From the NCBI GenBank assembly GCA_963702005.1, contig OY969696.1, forward strand, positions 2,784,001-2,848,000: a DNA stretch of 64,000 nt, given 5' to 3'. The first letter of the stretch is position 1; each line of letters begins with the position of its first letter. The notes beneath the pieces were generated by a model. That model was not told the DNA's origin, made no database searches, and worked only from the letters and a program-made list of their open reading frames with translations. A program made the translations under genes and the position numbers. Shown here one piece after another: positions 1 to 10,139 of this stretch. The stretch is from Candidatus Aminicenantes bacterium (GTDB taxonomy: Bacteria; Acidobacteriota; Aminicenantia; Aminicenantales; JAFGBC01).

Positions 1-647
1 TTTGAGTGATAGGGGTAGACGATGCGGGGCCGGAAGGCCCGAACCGCCTCCGCGGCCATCTCCGCCGACATCGTGTAGGGCGTCATCACCGGCAGGAAGG
101 CGACCGCGATGTCCTTGAGGCCTTTCAGCTCGGGCGTCGCCTCGGTATCGCCGGCAAGATAGATCCGGCTCCCGGCCAGCGTCAGGATGTAGCCGTTTCC
201 GCGGCCGCGCGGATGGAAGGGGACGCCGGGGCTCCTCATGCTGACGATGTTATAGGCGGGGACGGCCTCGACCTCAATCCCCTGGACCGTCGTCCGGTCC
301 CCGTTCTTGAGGACGATCCCCTTGCCCAGCTTTTCGATGCAGGCTTCGGTCAGGATGATATCCGTTCCCGGTTTGCCGATGAGGGCGATCGCCGCCGGAT
401 CGAAATGATCGGAGTGCTCGTGGCTGACCAGGATGAGATCGGCCTTGGGCAGGGTCGCGTAGTCGCCCTCGCGGCCGACCGGGTCGACGTGGATGACCTT
501 CCCTTGGAACTCCAGGATGAGCGAGGCATGGCCGATATAGCGGACGGCCAGATCGCCCAGGTTCGTCTTGATAATATCTTTGTCCGGGAGCCGAACGGCT
601 CCCAAACCCCATGAGGAGAATATGATTAGAGCCAAGATCGTCTTCAT
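1..647 (-). CDS. MBL-fold metallo-hydrolase with signal peptide (partial, runs off left edge)
   Basis: Not in the ORF track. Manual minus-strand translation from ATG at 647: MKTILALIIFSSWGLGAVRLPDKDIIKTNLGDLAVRYIGHASL...SHEHSDHFD...GDT...PYH, with an HxHxDH metal motif. Confidence 0.85.
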   Translation of the reverse strand, partial: MKTILALIIFSSWGLGAVRLPDKDIIKTNLGDLAVRYIGHASLILEFQGKVIHVDPVGREGDYATLPKADLILVSHEHSDHFDPAAIALIGKPGTDIILTEACIEKLGKGIVLKNGDRTTVQGIEVEAVPAYNIVSMRSPGVPFHPRGRGNGYILTLAGSRIYLAGDTEATPELKGLKDIAVAFLPVMTPYTMSAEMAAEAVRAFRPRIVYPYHS

Positions 648-711
648 AGCTTTAATTATAGCTCTTTACTTTTTTCGTTATCCAGACATAATTAGGGAGA
701 CAGACGTCGCC

Positions 712-1395
712 ATGAAACCGCGCATCATTGCCGTCCTGGACGACGAGCCCGATATCGTCGAGCTCGTCCGGCTCCACCTCGAATCGGCCGGGTTCAAGGT
801 CCAAGGATTCACGGCCCCCGAGTCCTTTTTCCGTTTCCTGGAGCGGACCGTCCCCGACCTCATCATTCTGGACCTGATGCTTCCCGGCACGGACGGTTTC
901 GAGATCACCAAGTGGCTGCGCCGCCAAGAGCGGCTGGCCGCCATCCCCATTATCATCCTGACGGCCAAAGGGGAGGAAACGGACCGGGTCCTGGGCCTCG
1001 AGCTGGGCGCCGACGACTATATCACGAAGCCCTTTTCGGTCAAGGAGCTCATCGCCCGCGTCAAAGCCCATCTCCGCCGGCGCGAGACGCCCGAGCCCAA
1101 GCGAGCGATCGAGGTCGGCCGGCTTCTCGGCATCGACCCCGTCCGCCATGAGGCGACCGTCCAGGGGAAACCTGTCGAGTTGACGGCGACCGAATTCAAG
1201 ATCCTCGAGCTGCTGGCCGGAAAGAAGGGCCGCGTCTTCAACCGCGACCAGATCCTGGATGCCCTCTGGGGTCATGACAAGATCGTCCTGGACCGGACGG
1301 TGGACGTCCACATCAAGAACCTTCGCGACAAGCTGGGGCCGGCCGCGGCCTTGATCAAAAATATCAGGGGAGTGGGGTATAAACTCGAAGAATGA
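712..1395 (+). CDS. OmpR/PhoB-family response regulator
   Basis: Receiver domain (LDDE, DLMLPG, GADDYITKPF) plus winged helix (RTVDVHIKNLRDKL, RGVGYK). ATG at 712 follows GGGAGA. Confidence 0.93.
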   Translation: MKPRIIAVLDDEPDIVELVRLHLESAGFKVQGFTAPESFFRFLERTVPDLIILDLMLPGTDGFEITKWLRRQERLAAIPIIILTAKGEETDRVLGLELGADDYITKPFSVKELIARVKAHLRRRETPEPKRAIEVGRLLGIDPVRHEATVQGKPVELTATEFKILELLAGKKGRVFNRDQILDALWGHDKIVLDRTVDVHIKNLRDKLGPAAALIKNIRGVGYKLEE

Positions 1396-3122
1396 GAAAA
1401 TCTTTTTTCCTAAAAATCTTCGCGGCCTTCCTGGTGGTCGTCGCCGGGCTGTCGAGCCTGATTCTCGTCTATTCCTTTCAGACGATCCGGGCCCGCTGGA
1501 TCGCCCGTGAGGCGGCCCGCCTTGAAGGTCTGGCTCGGGTCCTGGCGCCTCAGGTTCAACCTTTGCTGGGGGAAGAGAGGAGTCAGGACCTCGAAGCCCT
1601 CATCCGCCGGGCATCCGCCGAAGGTCAGGTCCGGGTCACCGTCGTCGATGCCAAGGGCCGTGTCCTGGCCGATTCGACGGCCGACGCCCGGACCATGGAA
1701 ACCCATCATTACCGTCCCGAGATTCTCCAGGCTTTGTCCGGCGAGACCGGCGTCGCCCTCCGCCCGAGTCCGACCATGAAGGAGACCATGCTCTATGTCG
1801 GCGTTCCCCTCAAGGACGATGTCCGGATTGCCGGCGTCCTCCGGGTCAGCCTCTTCCTCAAGGATATCGACCGCCTGCTGTCCGCCCTCCGCTGGCGGAT
1901 TTTCAGGCTGGCGGCGGCCGCCATCCTGGTCCTCCTGGGCGGAGCGTTCGTTTTTTCCAGGCACGTTTCCAAACCTATCCGGGATTTGACGGCGGCCTCG
2001 CACCGAGTCGCGGCCGGCGATTTCCAGGCGAAGGTTTATGTCAGGAACCGGGACGAGCTCAAAGACTTGGCTGAGAGCTTCAATGCCATGACCCTCCGTC
2101 TCAAGACGCTCTTCGCCGAGTTGGAAGCCCAGAAAGAAGAGCTGGGCCAAATTATCGGCTCGATTCGGGAAGGTCTCATGGTCATCGGTCCCGATGACCG
2201 GATTCTTATGGCCAATCGGAGCTGCCAATCCTTGTGCCGGATGGAAGACGTTATCGGCAAGTACTTCTGGGAGGTTGTCCGCCATCCGGGATTCCAGGAG
2301 TTGGTGGCCCTGGTCAAAGGGACCAAAAAGCCCGCGCTGGAAGAGATCCTCGTCAACGACAAGAGTTTTCTGGCCAGTGTCGTCTGGGTGCCGGCCCGGG
2401 AGCGGAGAATCGTGACCTTTCTCGACCTGAGCGAGGTCCGTAACCTGGAAAGAATCAAGAAGGATTTCATCACCAATGTTTCCCACGAACTGCGGACCCC
2501 GCTAACATCCATCAAGGGCTTCGCCGAAGGCCTGAATCCCGGGAACGATGAAACCAGCCGCCGCGCCGTCGGGATCATCCGGAAAAACACGGACCGGCTC
2601 ATCGCCATCGTTCAAGATCTCATTGTCCTCTCCGGACTCGAGGAAAAAGGGACGGCCCTCGAGAGGGAGCCCGTCGCCATGCGCGGCCTCCTCGCCCGGG
2701 TCCTGAACGACTTTCAGCCTCGGGCTCGGGACAAGGGGATCGCCCTCGACCTCCACGCCGAGGAGGGTCTTCCCGAGATCCCGGCCGACTCGTTCCGGCT
2801 CGAGCAGCTTTTTCAAAACCTAATCGACAATGCCCTCAAGTTCACGGACAAAGGCCGGGTCGCCGTCGCGGTCCGCCGGGAAGGACGCTTCCTCGCCGTC
2901 GAAGTCCGGGACTCCGGGATCGGAATTCCCGAGGAGCATCTGCCTCACATCTTCGAGCGGTTCTACGTCGTCGACAAAGCGAGGGACAAGAGGTTAGGCG
3001 GGACGGGCTTGGGCCTGGCCATCGTCAAGCACATCGTCCTCCGCCACGGGGGGACGATCGAGGTCGAAAGCCAACCGGGCCGCGGGACGGCCTTCACGGT
3101 CCGCCTGCCTCTCGCGGCCTAA
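1392..3122 (+). CDS. Membrane sensor histidine kinase, PhoR-like (HAMP-PAS-HisKA-HATPase)
   Basis: Two TM segments, [16 protein letters not shown]-box, [26 protein letters not shown]. Overlaps the regulator stop (ATGA). Confidence 0.93.
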   Translation: MRKSFFLKIFAAFLVVVAGLSSLILVYSFQTIRARWIAREAARLEGLARVLAPQVQPLLGEERSQDLEALIRRASAEGQVRVTVVDAKGRVLADSTADARTMETHHYRPEILQALSGETGVALRPSPTMKETMLYVGVPLKDDVRIAGVLRVSLFLKDIDRLLSALRWRIFRLAAAAILVLLGGAFVFSRHVSKPIRDLTAASHRVAAGDFQAKVYVRNRDELKDLAESFNAMTLRLKTLFAELEAQKEELGQIIGSIREGLMVIGPDDRILMANRSCQSLCRMEDVIGKYFWEVVRHPGFQELVALVKGTKKPALEEILVNDKSFLASVVWVPARERRIVTFLDLSEVRNLERIKKDFITNVSHELRTPLTSIKGFAEGLNPGNDETSRRAVGIIRKNTDRLIAIVQDLIVLSGLEEKGTALEREPVAMRGLLARVLNDFQPRARDKGIALDLHAEEGLPEIPADSFRLEQLFQNLIDNALKFTDKGRVAVAVRREGRFLAVEVRDSGIGIPEEHLPHIFERFYVVDKARDKRLGGTGLGLAIVKHIVLRHGGTIEVESQPGRGTAFTVRLPLAA

Positions 3123-3132
3123 TCGCTATCGG

Positions 3133-3179
3133 CCGCTGAGGGTTCGTCGGGTCGGGGGCGGCAGGCGGACCCTCAGCGG
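3133..3179. terminator. Hairpin between convergent genes (possible bidirectional terminator)
   Basis: CCGCTGAGGGTTCGTC...GGCGGACCCTCAGCGG, a 16-bp stem with 2 G-U pairs; no U-tract. Confidence 0.4.
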
Positions 3180-3928
3180 ACGATGACGGACGCGTCCGGG
3201 TTCAGGGGGTTGATCCGGGCGGCAAGCGAAAACAGGAACGGGTAGCTCTCCTTCAAATGGCGGACATGATCTATCCAGATGGCCGTCATCTGGGAATAAG
3301 CCCTCTTCAAGTCCCCGCCCAGATGCTGGAGGTCGCTCTCGGGGAGTTCCCCGAACAAGGTGTTACGGAAGGAGAGTTCCTCGGCCAGATGAAAAACGGC
3401 CCAAAGAAGGTCCGTGAACGACTCATGCTCGAGGAGGCTGGGATTCTCGAGGAGGCCGACCAGGAAGTCCCGTTTAGCGGATAGGAATCCGCCGAGGTCG
3501 GCCAGCTTCCCCCGGTCGGGAATGATCTCGTAGGCAAAAGTCCGGGCCGCCTCGGCCGCTCGGGAGAAATCCTTCCGTCCCCACGGGGGGACGATCCGGA
3601 CTCGGCCTTCAAGCTCGGCGGCGTTGGCGGCGAAGGTCAAGGACCTCTTCAGAAGTTCCAGTCCGACTTCGCTGAAAAAGGCCCCGATCACCATGTTGAG
3701 CTTGTCGAGTTTGGACCGCTTCTCGCGCTGGGCCAGGAGCCGCTCGAGGAGAAGAACGACGAGGAGGACGTTCAGGAATAGAAAGCCGATGTCCATGAGC
3801 GTGTAAAAAACGATGTGGCGGAGGTCACGGAAGATGAGATAATGGACGAGATAGGTTGTGAGCGAAGCTCCAACCAGGATCGCCGACAGAATCCAGAGCC
3901 AAGCATCTTTGCGTTTCATCCCAATCAC
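3173..3928 (-). CDS. Hypothetical membrane protein (2 N-terminal TM helices)
   Basis: 251-aa ORF, hydrophobic N-terminus, conserved-looking NMVIGAFFSEVG and LLENPSLLEHESFTDLLWAVFHL segments. Confidence 0.75.
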   Translation of the reverse strand: MIGMKRKDAWLWILSAILVGASLTTYLVHYLIFRDLRHIVFYTLMDIGFLFLNVLLVVLLLERLLAQREKRSKLDKLNMVIGAFFSEVGLELLKRSLTFAANAAELEGRVRIVPPWGRKDFSRAAEAARTFAYEIIPDRGKLADLGGFLSAKRDFLVGLLENPSLLEHESFTDLLWAVFHLAEELSFRNTLFGELPESDLQHLGGDLKRAYSQMTAIWIDHVRHLKESYPFLFSLAARINPLNPDASVIVR

Positions 3929-4151
3929 TCGCTTTCCGAACTATCATACCAGCGGCACCCAGAGAATTCAAAAAGACCGGGCGTTCCAGTATAACAAATG
4001 GGTCATGAACATCAAGGACCTACAGAGGACGAGGCTCAACGGCCGGGGACATCGGATCGGCAACTAAATCCCTTCGGTTGACAGTCCCGGCCGCGACGTC
4101 GTAAAATATTGAAAAAAGAAGGGATGAACGGGGTTCGAACCCGGTCGCCTG

Positions 4152-5087
4152 ATGAGTCTTGAAAAAGCGGTCGAGTATCTGCTGGCCAGGGGCCATCTCC
4201 CCATCCTGTACTGGCTCAAGAAAGACATCCTCTGCGTCCCAGCCGACCGCGAACTCAAGAACCTGGAGAAATACGGAGCCAGGATTCGCATCCTGGAGGA
4301 ACAACTCCCGGACGGCTCGTGGAGGGAAAAGAGGGCCTCGGGGCCATCCGTCCGGGCATCGGGCCCGCCCACCTCGCCCGAGGTCCTGACCCTCCAGAAC
4401 GTCTGCCGGCTTTATGATTTCGCCTGCGATGCCGAAACGGCCGGCCTTCGGAACGCCGTCCATTTCCTGTTAGGCACTCAATCCCGGGACGGCTGCTTCC
4501 GAGCCGGGACAAACGAGGATTACCCCTTGACCTTCCATGCCTTGAACCTCGAGATCCTGTGCCGGTTCGGATTCGACGGAGACGCGAGGGTCGAAAAAGG
4601 CTTTCGCTGGCTGCTCCGTCAAGGACGGGGGAAAGGCGAATGGCTGGCGTCACGCAACCGACTCGATGCCAAAAAGCCGATCGGGCCGACAGGGGATAAG
4701 ACGCTTTTCTGGGCCGGGATGACCCTCCGCGCCCTGAGCGTCTCTCCGTCCCGTAGCGGGCAAAAAGAAGCTCAACGCCTCGGCGAGTGGCTTCAGGTAC
4801 GCCTTCTGAAACCCGACGTTTCGCCCGATCCTCTCGCCAAGAGCTCCTGGCTCGAGATCAGCTATCCCTTCTGGTCGGCCGGACTTCTCAGCAACTTGGA
4901 CACCCTATCCCGGATCGGGTTCAAGGCAGATCGGGTCAACATCCGGAAAGGGCTGGGCTGGCTTCTGCGCCAGCAGCGCCCCGAGGGCTATTGGGAGTCG
5001 ACCCGGACTCGGGGAACGGCCGAAGACCACCTCTGGACGACGCTGGCCGTGCTGCGCGTGTTCAAAGCCTACGGGCTCCTCAAGTAA
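4152..5087 (+). CDS. Prenyltransferase/squalene-oxidase-repeat (alpha/alpha barrel) protein
   Basis: Repeated QxxDGxW-type motifs (EQLPDGSW, TQSRDGCF, QQRPEGYW). Confidence 0.65.
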   Translation: MSLEKAVEYLLARGHLPILYWLKKDILCVPADRELKNLEKYGARIRILEEQLPDGSWREKRASGPSVRASGPPTSPEVLTLQNVCRLYDFACDAETAGLRNAVHFLLGTQSRDGCFRAGTNEDYPLTFHALNLEILCRFGFDGDARVEKGFRWLLRQGRGKGEWLASRNRLDAKKPIGPTGDKTLFWAGMTLRALSVSPSRSGQKEAQRLGEWLQVRLLKPDVSPDPLAKSSWLEISYPFWSAGLLSNLDTLSRIGFKADRVNIRKGLGWLLRQQRPEGYWESTRTRGTAEDHLWTTLAVLRVFKAYGLLK

Positions 5088-5092
5088 GAAAA

Positions 5093-5572
5093 ATGAGATA
5101 TATCCTCGGCCTCGGCTCCAACCTCGGAAACAAGCGAAGGAATCTGGCCGAAGCCGTCCGCCTTCTAAAGGCGCGGGGCGCCCGCGTCCTCAAGGTCTCC
5201 TCCCTCTACAGGACCCAGCCGGTCGGCGTCCTCGACCAGCCCTGGTTCATCAACATGGCCCTTGTGGCCGAATCCCGTCTGCCGCCGCCCCGTTTTCTCG
5301 AAATCCTCCAGGCGATCGAGCGCGAGATGAAAAGGCCGCGGGAACGCGACAAGAGCCCGCGCCTGATCGACCTCGACATCCTCCTGGCCGGACGCCGGAT
5401 CGTCCGGACCGGGCGGCTCATCATCCCTCATCCCAGGCTGGCCGATCGTAATTTCGTCCTCGTCCCGCTTGCGGAAATCGCCCCGCGGGCCGTCCATCCC
5501 GTCCTGGGGAAAACCGTCCGGACCCTTCTCCGGGAGTCGAAGGACCAGTCTCAAGTTATCGGGGCGGCTTAG
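5093..5572 (+). CDS. folK: 2-amino-4-hydroxy-6-hydroxymethyldihydropteridine pyrophosphokinase
   Basis: LGLGSNLG, SSLYRTQPVG, PRLIDLDIL, IPHPRL and FVLVPLAEI motifs; ATG at 5093. Confidence 0.95.
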   Translation: MRYILGLGSNLGNKRRNLAEAVRLLKARGARVLKVSSLYRTQPVGVLDQPWFINMALVAESRLPPPRFLEILQAIEREMKRPRERDKSPRLIDLDILLAGRRIVRTGRLIIPHPRLADRNFVLVPLAEIAPRAVHPVLGKTVRTLLRESKDQSQVIGAA

Positions 5573-5600
5573 GACATCCTCATTTTGGCGGCGAGTTGCG

Positions 5601-8204
5601 TTACTGGGCGGCCGCCTCGAACAAACTGTTGAACAGCAGCTTAAAAGTCCCGTAGGGCTGGGCCCTGAACTGGACGGGAATCCCGAGCAGGACAACCCGG
5701 CCTTTGCCGAAGGGAACATCGAGGACGGCCGACTTTCGGGCGATCAGCCTCTCGCCGTGAATCCAGCCGCTCATCAGGAGATTGTCCGTGGCGAACCGGG
5801 CGGCGCTTTTCGGCTCCTTCTTGGCGTCGAAAGCCGGCAGGATCTCGAAAGCGCAGCTCTCCGAGAAGACGACGGCCCCTTCCTTGGGCATTCCGTAGGC
5901 GAGGGGTTGGGTCGCATCGAACTCGGCCCTCAGGATGGATCCGCTGCAGACAAAGTCATCGCGCTTGACGCCGTCCAGGACGTTCCGGGCCGACAGGCCG
6001 AACTGAGCAAGCGCGAACTTGCACATGGAATTGAGAAAAACGAGCGTCCCGCCCTGGTCGGCGAAGAGCTTCAGGTTCCGAACCCCGTTCACGGTCAGCC
6101 CGCCGACATACTGAGGGGGCATCGTCCCCTTGGCGAACCCGTCCAGCAGGAATTCCGGACTCCACATGTCGGGGATGATGATGACGTCGTGGTTGGCGTT
6201 CAGGTTTCCGGCCTTGACGTCGGCATCATGGATGGAGACGTAGGGGATCTCGAACTGGTCCAGGATGTATTTCGTCCAGCCCATGTCTTCGGAGGCGACC
6301 CAGGACTCATAGAGCGCCGCTCTGGGCTTCTTGAGGGTCCAGGTTTCGACGGAGGGCGGCTCGCCGAGACCAGTGATCGGGAGGGCCAGGTCGCGGGCCA
6401 GTTTCTCCATGAAAGGCGGAGACAGCTTGGCGCCCGAGGCGATCCAGGTCCCCTCGGGGAAATCCCGTCCTTGGGCCTTGAACGGCTTCTTGGCCCAGCG
6501 GACCTCCCCTCCGGCCTGGAAGATCCGGGCGGCCGCGATGAAGGAGGCGTTCCGCTCGTGGCCGATGGCGTAGGCCCGCCGGCCCGAACCGAGGATGCCG
6601 CCGGGAGCCGGCTTAATCTCGTCCTGTTTGTCCTTGGCGGCGTCGACCGGCGTGCTGGCGGGAACGGCCTTGACCCCGAATTGGTAGGGGAGAGTCCAGC
6701 CCATCATGTCGTAGGATTCAAACGGCGCCCCTTCGAATTTTCTCGTGGAGACGATGCCCTGCCAGAGGTCGGGATACTTCCGCAGATCGGGATATTTCTG
6801 CTCCTCGAAGACGTTCTTGAAGAACAGCCCGAACGGCTGGTCCATCGGGACGATCGTGGTCCCGGCGGGGTAGCTGATGCCGTCCGAGACGAAGCCCTCG
6901 CGGCTCTTATAGACGTCGATGCCGAGCAGGATCATCCGATTGAGAAGCAGCGCCATCGCCCCCGGGTCCAGCTGGTCCTGGGGAATGATCCAGGCGTAGG
7001 GGGGCTCTTTCCGGAATCTGTCGATGACGTCCGATCCCATCTTGTATTTGTTGAAGAGCAGCTCGGACCTGTATTTGGAGGCCGTGTCCAGGACGGATTT
7101 TGAGGCCGTCAGGCAGTAATCGACGGCGTCCTTGAGCCTCCACCAGCCGCCCTTCCAGGGGTTGGGGTAGAAGGCCGACATGGTCAGGTCCCGGTATTCT
7201 TTGGGATAATCCTCGACCGTGTAGAAATGGGGCGTCGCGTACTCGTAGAGGGCGGTCTCGGTCAAGATCGAAATGATGTTGTGGGAATCATGGACCTGGG
7301 TCATATAGCCGGGATACCAGGTGTCGAAGACGATCCGGGAGATGGCTCCTTCCTTGCCCTCGCCGTCGAAAGCGGCCCCCATGGCCGAACCGATCAGGTT
7401 TTGCCAGCGGACGATGAGGGGATGGACATTGGGGTTGGTCGGCTCCGAGTTAGGCGGCGTCCAGATCCGGGCCGGAAAAGGGGCCGTCTGATGATGGTTG
7501 TAGAGGATGACGGGCGCCCAGTCCTTGTCGACGAGGCGCGCCAGGTTCTGGGTTTCGACCAGGTTGGCAATGTAGGAGTCGCGGTTGTTGTCATGGCCCG
7601 CGTATTTGTGGTAGAGGCGGGGCATCCGGGCCACCTCATAGGGCGTTCCTAAATTCGACGCGTACCATTCGGCCAGCATATTCATCCCGTCCGGGTTGGC
7701 GTAGACGAGGACCAGGATGACGTCCTTGAGGATGCGGAGGGTCGTCGGGTCGGTCCCGGCGACGAGGTCGTAGGTCAGCTGGATATTGTGCTGAGCGGGG
7801 GCGCACTCGTCGGCGTGAAGGCCGCCGTCGATGTAAACGACGGCCTTGCCCTCGGCGGCCAGTTTTTCGGCCGCCGCCCGGTCAAGCCCTTCGACCAGGG
7901 ATAGCTGCCGCATGATACCTTTGAAATGGTCCAGGGCGGCCAGGTTCTCGGGCGCCGAGATGACCGCGTAAATCATGTCCAGGCCCATCGAGGTCTTGCC
8001 GGCCTCGAAGAGCTTGATACGGTCCGAGCGGGCGGCGACGGCCTTCCAGTAGGCGACGGCTTGGTCGTAGTTCGCCAGGTGGTAGTCCTCGCCTACCTTG
8101 AAGCCGAGAACCTCCTCGGGCTTGGGGATGTTCTGGCCGCGGGCCAGGGTGACAGCTAAGATGCACAAGCCAAGGATCGCGATAGTCCGAACGTGTCCTC
8201 TCAT
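5601..8204 (-). CDS. Secreted M14-family zinc carboxypeptidase-like protein
   Basis: Signal peptide; GLHADE (HxxE), NPDG, HDNNRD, HHQT motifs. Confidence 0.85.
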   Translation of the reverse strand: MRGHVRTIAILGLCILAVTLARGQNIPKPEEVLGFKVGEDYHLANYDQAVAYWKAVAARSDRIKLFEAGKTSMGLDMIYAVISAPENLAALDHFKGIMRQLSLVEGLDRAAAEKLAAEGKAVVYIDGGLHADECAPAQHNIQLTYDLVAGTDPTTLRILKDVILVLVYANPDGMNMLAEWYASNLGTPYEVARMPRLYHKYAGHDNNRDSYIANLVETQNLARLVDKDWAPVILYNHHQTAPFPARIWTPPNSEPTNPNVHPLIVRWQNLIGSAMGAAFDGEGKEGAISRIVFDTWYPGYMTQVHDSHNIISILTETALYEYATPHFYTVEDYPKEYRDLTMSAFYPNPWKGGWWRLKDAVDYCLTASKSVLDTASKYRSELLFNKYKMGSDVIDRFRKEPPYAWIIPQDQLDPGAMALLLNRMILLGIDVYKSREGFVSDGISYPAGTTIVPMDQPFGLFFKNVFEEQKYPDLRKYPDLWQGIVSTRKFEGAPFESYDMMGWTLPYQFGVKAVPASTPVDAAKDKQDEIKPAPGGILGSGRRAYAIGHERNASFIAAARIFQAGGEVRWAKKPFKAQGRDFPEGTWIASGAKLSPPFMEKLARDLALPITGLGEPPSVETWTLKKPRAALYESWVASEDMGWTKYILDQFEIPYVSIHDADVKAGNLNANHDVIIIPDMWSPEFLLDGFAKGTMPPQYVGGLTVNGVRNLKLFADQGGTLVFLNSMCKFALAQFGLSARNVLDGVKRDDFVCSGSILRAEFDATQPLAYGMPKEGAVVFSESCAFEILPAFDAKKEPKSAARFATDNLLMSGWIHGERLIARKSAVLDVPFGKGRVVLLGIPVQFRAQPYGTFKLLFNSLFEAAAQ

Positions 8205-8242
8205 GGGTTGATCATTCCTTTCCCTTGGGATTTAATCCGACC

Positions 8243-8656
8243 TCAAAACGCGTTCACGATATGGCGCAGGGCGGGGCGCGCTGCGTCCTCGCCGCAGTCG
8301 TCGATTGCGACAGCGCCGTCGACGACTACGACGTCGAACCGGCAGGGGACGCCCTTGATCCGATGGCGGACGAGATAGGCCTGGGCGATCCGCCGCAGCT
8401 GCCGCTGTTTGGCGGCGGTCACCGCTTCCTCGGGAAAGCCGAAGGCTCGGCTCATCCGGGCCTTGACCTCGACGAAAACGAGGACGGCTCCGTCATAGGC
8501 GACGATATCGATTTCGCCCCGCTGGAAGCGATAGCCCGTTTCGACGATCCGGAAGCGCTTGCCGCGCAGATAAGCGATGGCCGCCTTCTCGCCGAGCTTG
8601 CCCAAGGCATGGGGGGAGAGCCGCTTCGTTCCGTCTCGGCCGGACTCGTTGGCCAT
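8243..8656 (-). CDS. yraN: YraN family (UPF0102) endonuclease-like protein
   Basis: LGKLGE, GEIDIVA, VFVEVKAR, RFDVV motifs. Confidence 0.9.
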   Translation of the reverse strand: MANESGRDGTKRLSPHALGKLGEKAAIAYLRGKRFRIVETGYRFQRGEIDIVAYDGAVLVFVEVKARMSRAFGFPEEAVTAAKQRQLRRIAQAYLVRHRIKGVPCRFDVVVVDGAVAIDDCGEDAARPALRHIVNAF

Positions 8657-8675
8657 GGAAGCTCCGTCATCTCTC

Positions 8676-10085
8676 TCAAAGCTTGACGATTTTCCAGCGG
8701 ACTCCGTCTCGCGTATCCTCCAGGACGACGCCGCGGCCGAGGAGCTCGGAGCGGATCTCGTCGGCCCGCTTGAAGTCCCGGGCTCGGCGCGCCCGCTCGC
8801 GTTCTTCGACCAGGGCTGCGATCTCGGCGGAGAGCGGCTCGTCCTTGGTTTCGGGCATCAGGGCCAGGACCCGGTCGAAGGAGCGTAGGCCGGCCCGGAG
8901 AAGATCGGCCTCCGCCCGGCCGACCTTGTCCCGGGCGATCAGGCTGTTCGCCTCTCGGATGAGCTCGAACAGCGCGGTCAAACCGGTCGCGATATTGAGG
9001 TCGTCGGACAGTCCGTCCCTGAACTTCCGGTCGGCTTCGGCGACAAAACGCGGGATGTCCCCGCTCCCGGCCTCGGGGAATGAGCGGTGGTCGAGCTCGT
9101 AGGCGAAATCCAGGACGCGCTGGACCGCGGCCTTGGCCTGGTCGGCCGCCTCAAACGTGAAGTTGAGGACTTTTCGGTAATGGGTCCCGATGAGCAGGAA
9201 GCGGACGGCCGCGGCCGGGATTCCCCGCCCGAGAAGGTCGTCCAGCGTATACTGATTCCCCTTGGATTTGGCCATCTTCTCGCCGTCCACGATGAGGTGG
9301 TGGCAGTGAAGCCAGTAGCGGACGAAGGGCTTCCCCGTGAACGCCTCGGACTGGGCGATTTCGTTTTCGTGATGGGGGAAGATGTTGTCGACGCCGCCGC
9401 AGTGGATGTCGAACGTCTCGCCCAGGTACTTCGAGCTCATGGCCGAGCACTCGATGTGCCAGCCGGGCCGGCCCGGCCCGATCTCGGTCTCCCAGGACGG
9501 CTCGCCCGGCTTGGGGGCCTTCCAGAGGGCGAAGTCCTGGGCGTTCTCTTTTTCATATTCATCGGCTTCGATCCGAGCCCCGATCCGGGAGGTCGTCTGG
9601 AGCTCCTCGCGCTTGATCTTGGACAGCTTCCCGTAGCCGGGGAACTTGGCGATGCTGAAATAGATCGAGCCGTCCTTGCGGTAGGCGAATCCCTTGTCGA
9701 GAAGTCCCTTGATGATCCGGGCCATCTCGGGGATGTGTTCGGTCGCGAGAGGATAGCGGTCGGCGGGCGCGATCCGGAGGGTCTTGATCCCCGCGAAGAA
9801 GGATTTGATATAGGGGTCCGTGAATTCGCCGATGGAGACGCCCCGGGCGCCGGCGTCGCGGATGATCTTGTCGTCGACGTCGGTAATGTTCATGACGTGC
9901 TGGACCCGGAACCCCAAGAAGCCAAGGAAGCGCTTGAGGAGATCCTCGAAAACATAGGCCCGGTAGTTCCCGATGTGGGCGGTGTTGTAGACGGTCGGGC
10001 CGCAGGTGTAGAGCCGGACCTCGCCCGGCAGCAGGGGCTCGAAGGGGACGACCTCGCCCCGCAGCGTGTCGAAGAGCCGGATCAT
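8676..10085 (-). CDS. cysS: Cysteine--tRNA ligase
   Basis: CGPTVY, HIGN, GRPGWHIECSAM, HHENE, KMAKS. Confidence 0.97.
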   Translation of the reverse strand: MIRLFDTLRGEVVPFEPLLPGEVRLYTCGPTVYNTAHIGNYRAYVFEDLLKRFLGFLGFRVQHVMNITDVDDKIIRDAGARGVSIGEFTDPYIKSFFAGIKTLRIAPADRYPLATEHIPEMARIIKGLLDKGFAYRKDGSIYFSIAKFPGYGKLSKIKREELQTTSRIGARIEADEYEKENAQDFALWKAPKPGEPSWETEIGPGRPGWHIECSAMSSKYLGETFDIHCGGVDNIFPHHENEIAQSEAFTGKPFVRYWLHCHHLIVDGEKMAKSKGNQYTLDDLLGRGIPAAAVRFLLIGTHYRKVLNFTFEAADQAKAAVQRVLDFAYELDHRSFPEAGSGDIPRFVAEADRKFRDGLSDDLNIATGLTALFELIREANSLIARDKVGRAEADLLRAGLRSFDRVLALMPETKDEPLSAEIAALVEERERARRARDFKRADEIRSELLGRGVVLEDTRDGVRWKIVKL

Positions 10086-10139
10086 GATGCCCTATTATGG
10101 AACCGCGCGGGCGGCGCCGTCAATAAATCCTTAATGTCT

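Noticed and set aside
4125-4150. GGGTTCGAACCC resembling a tRNA T-arm
   Set aside because: No cloverleaf can be built around it.
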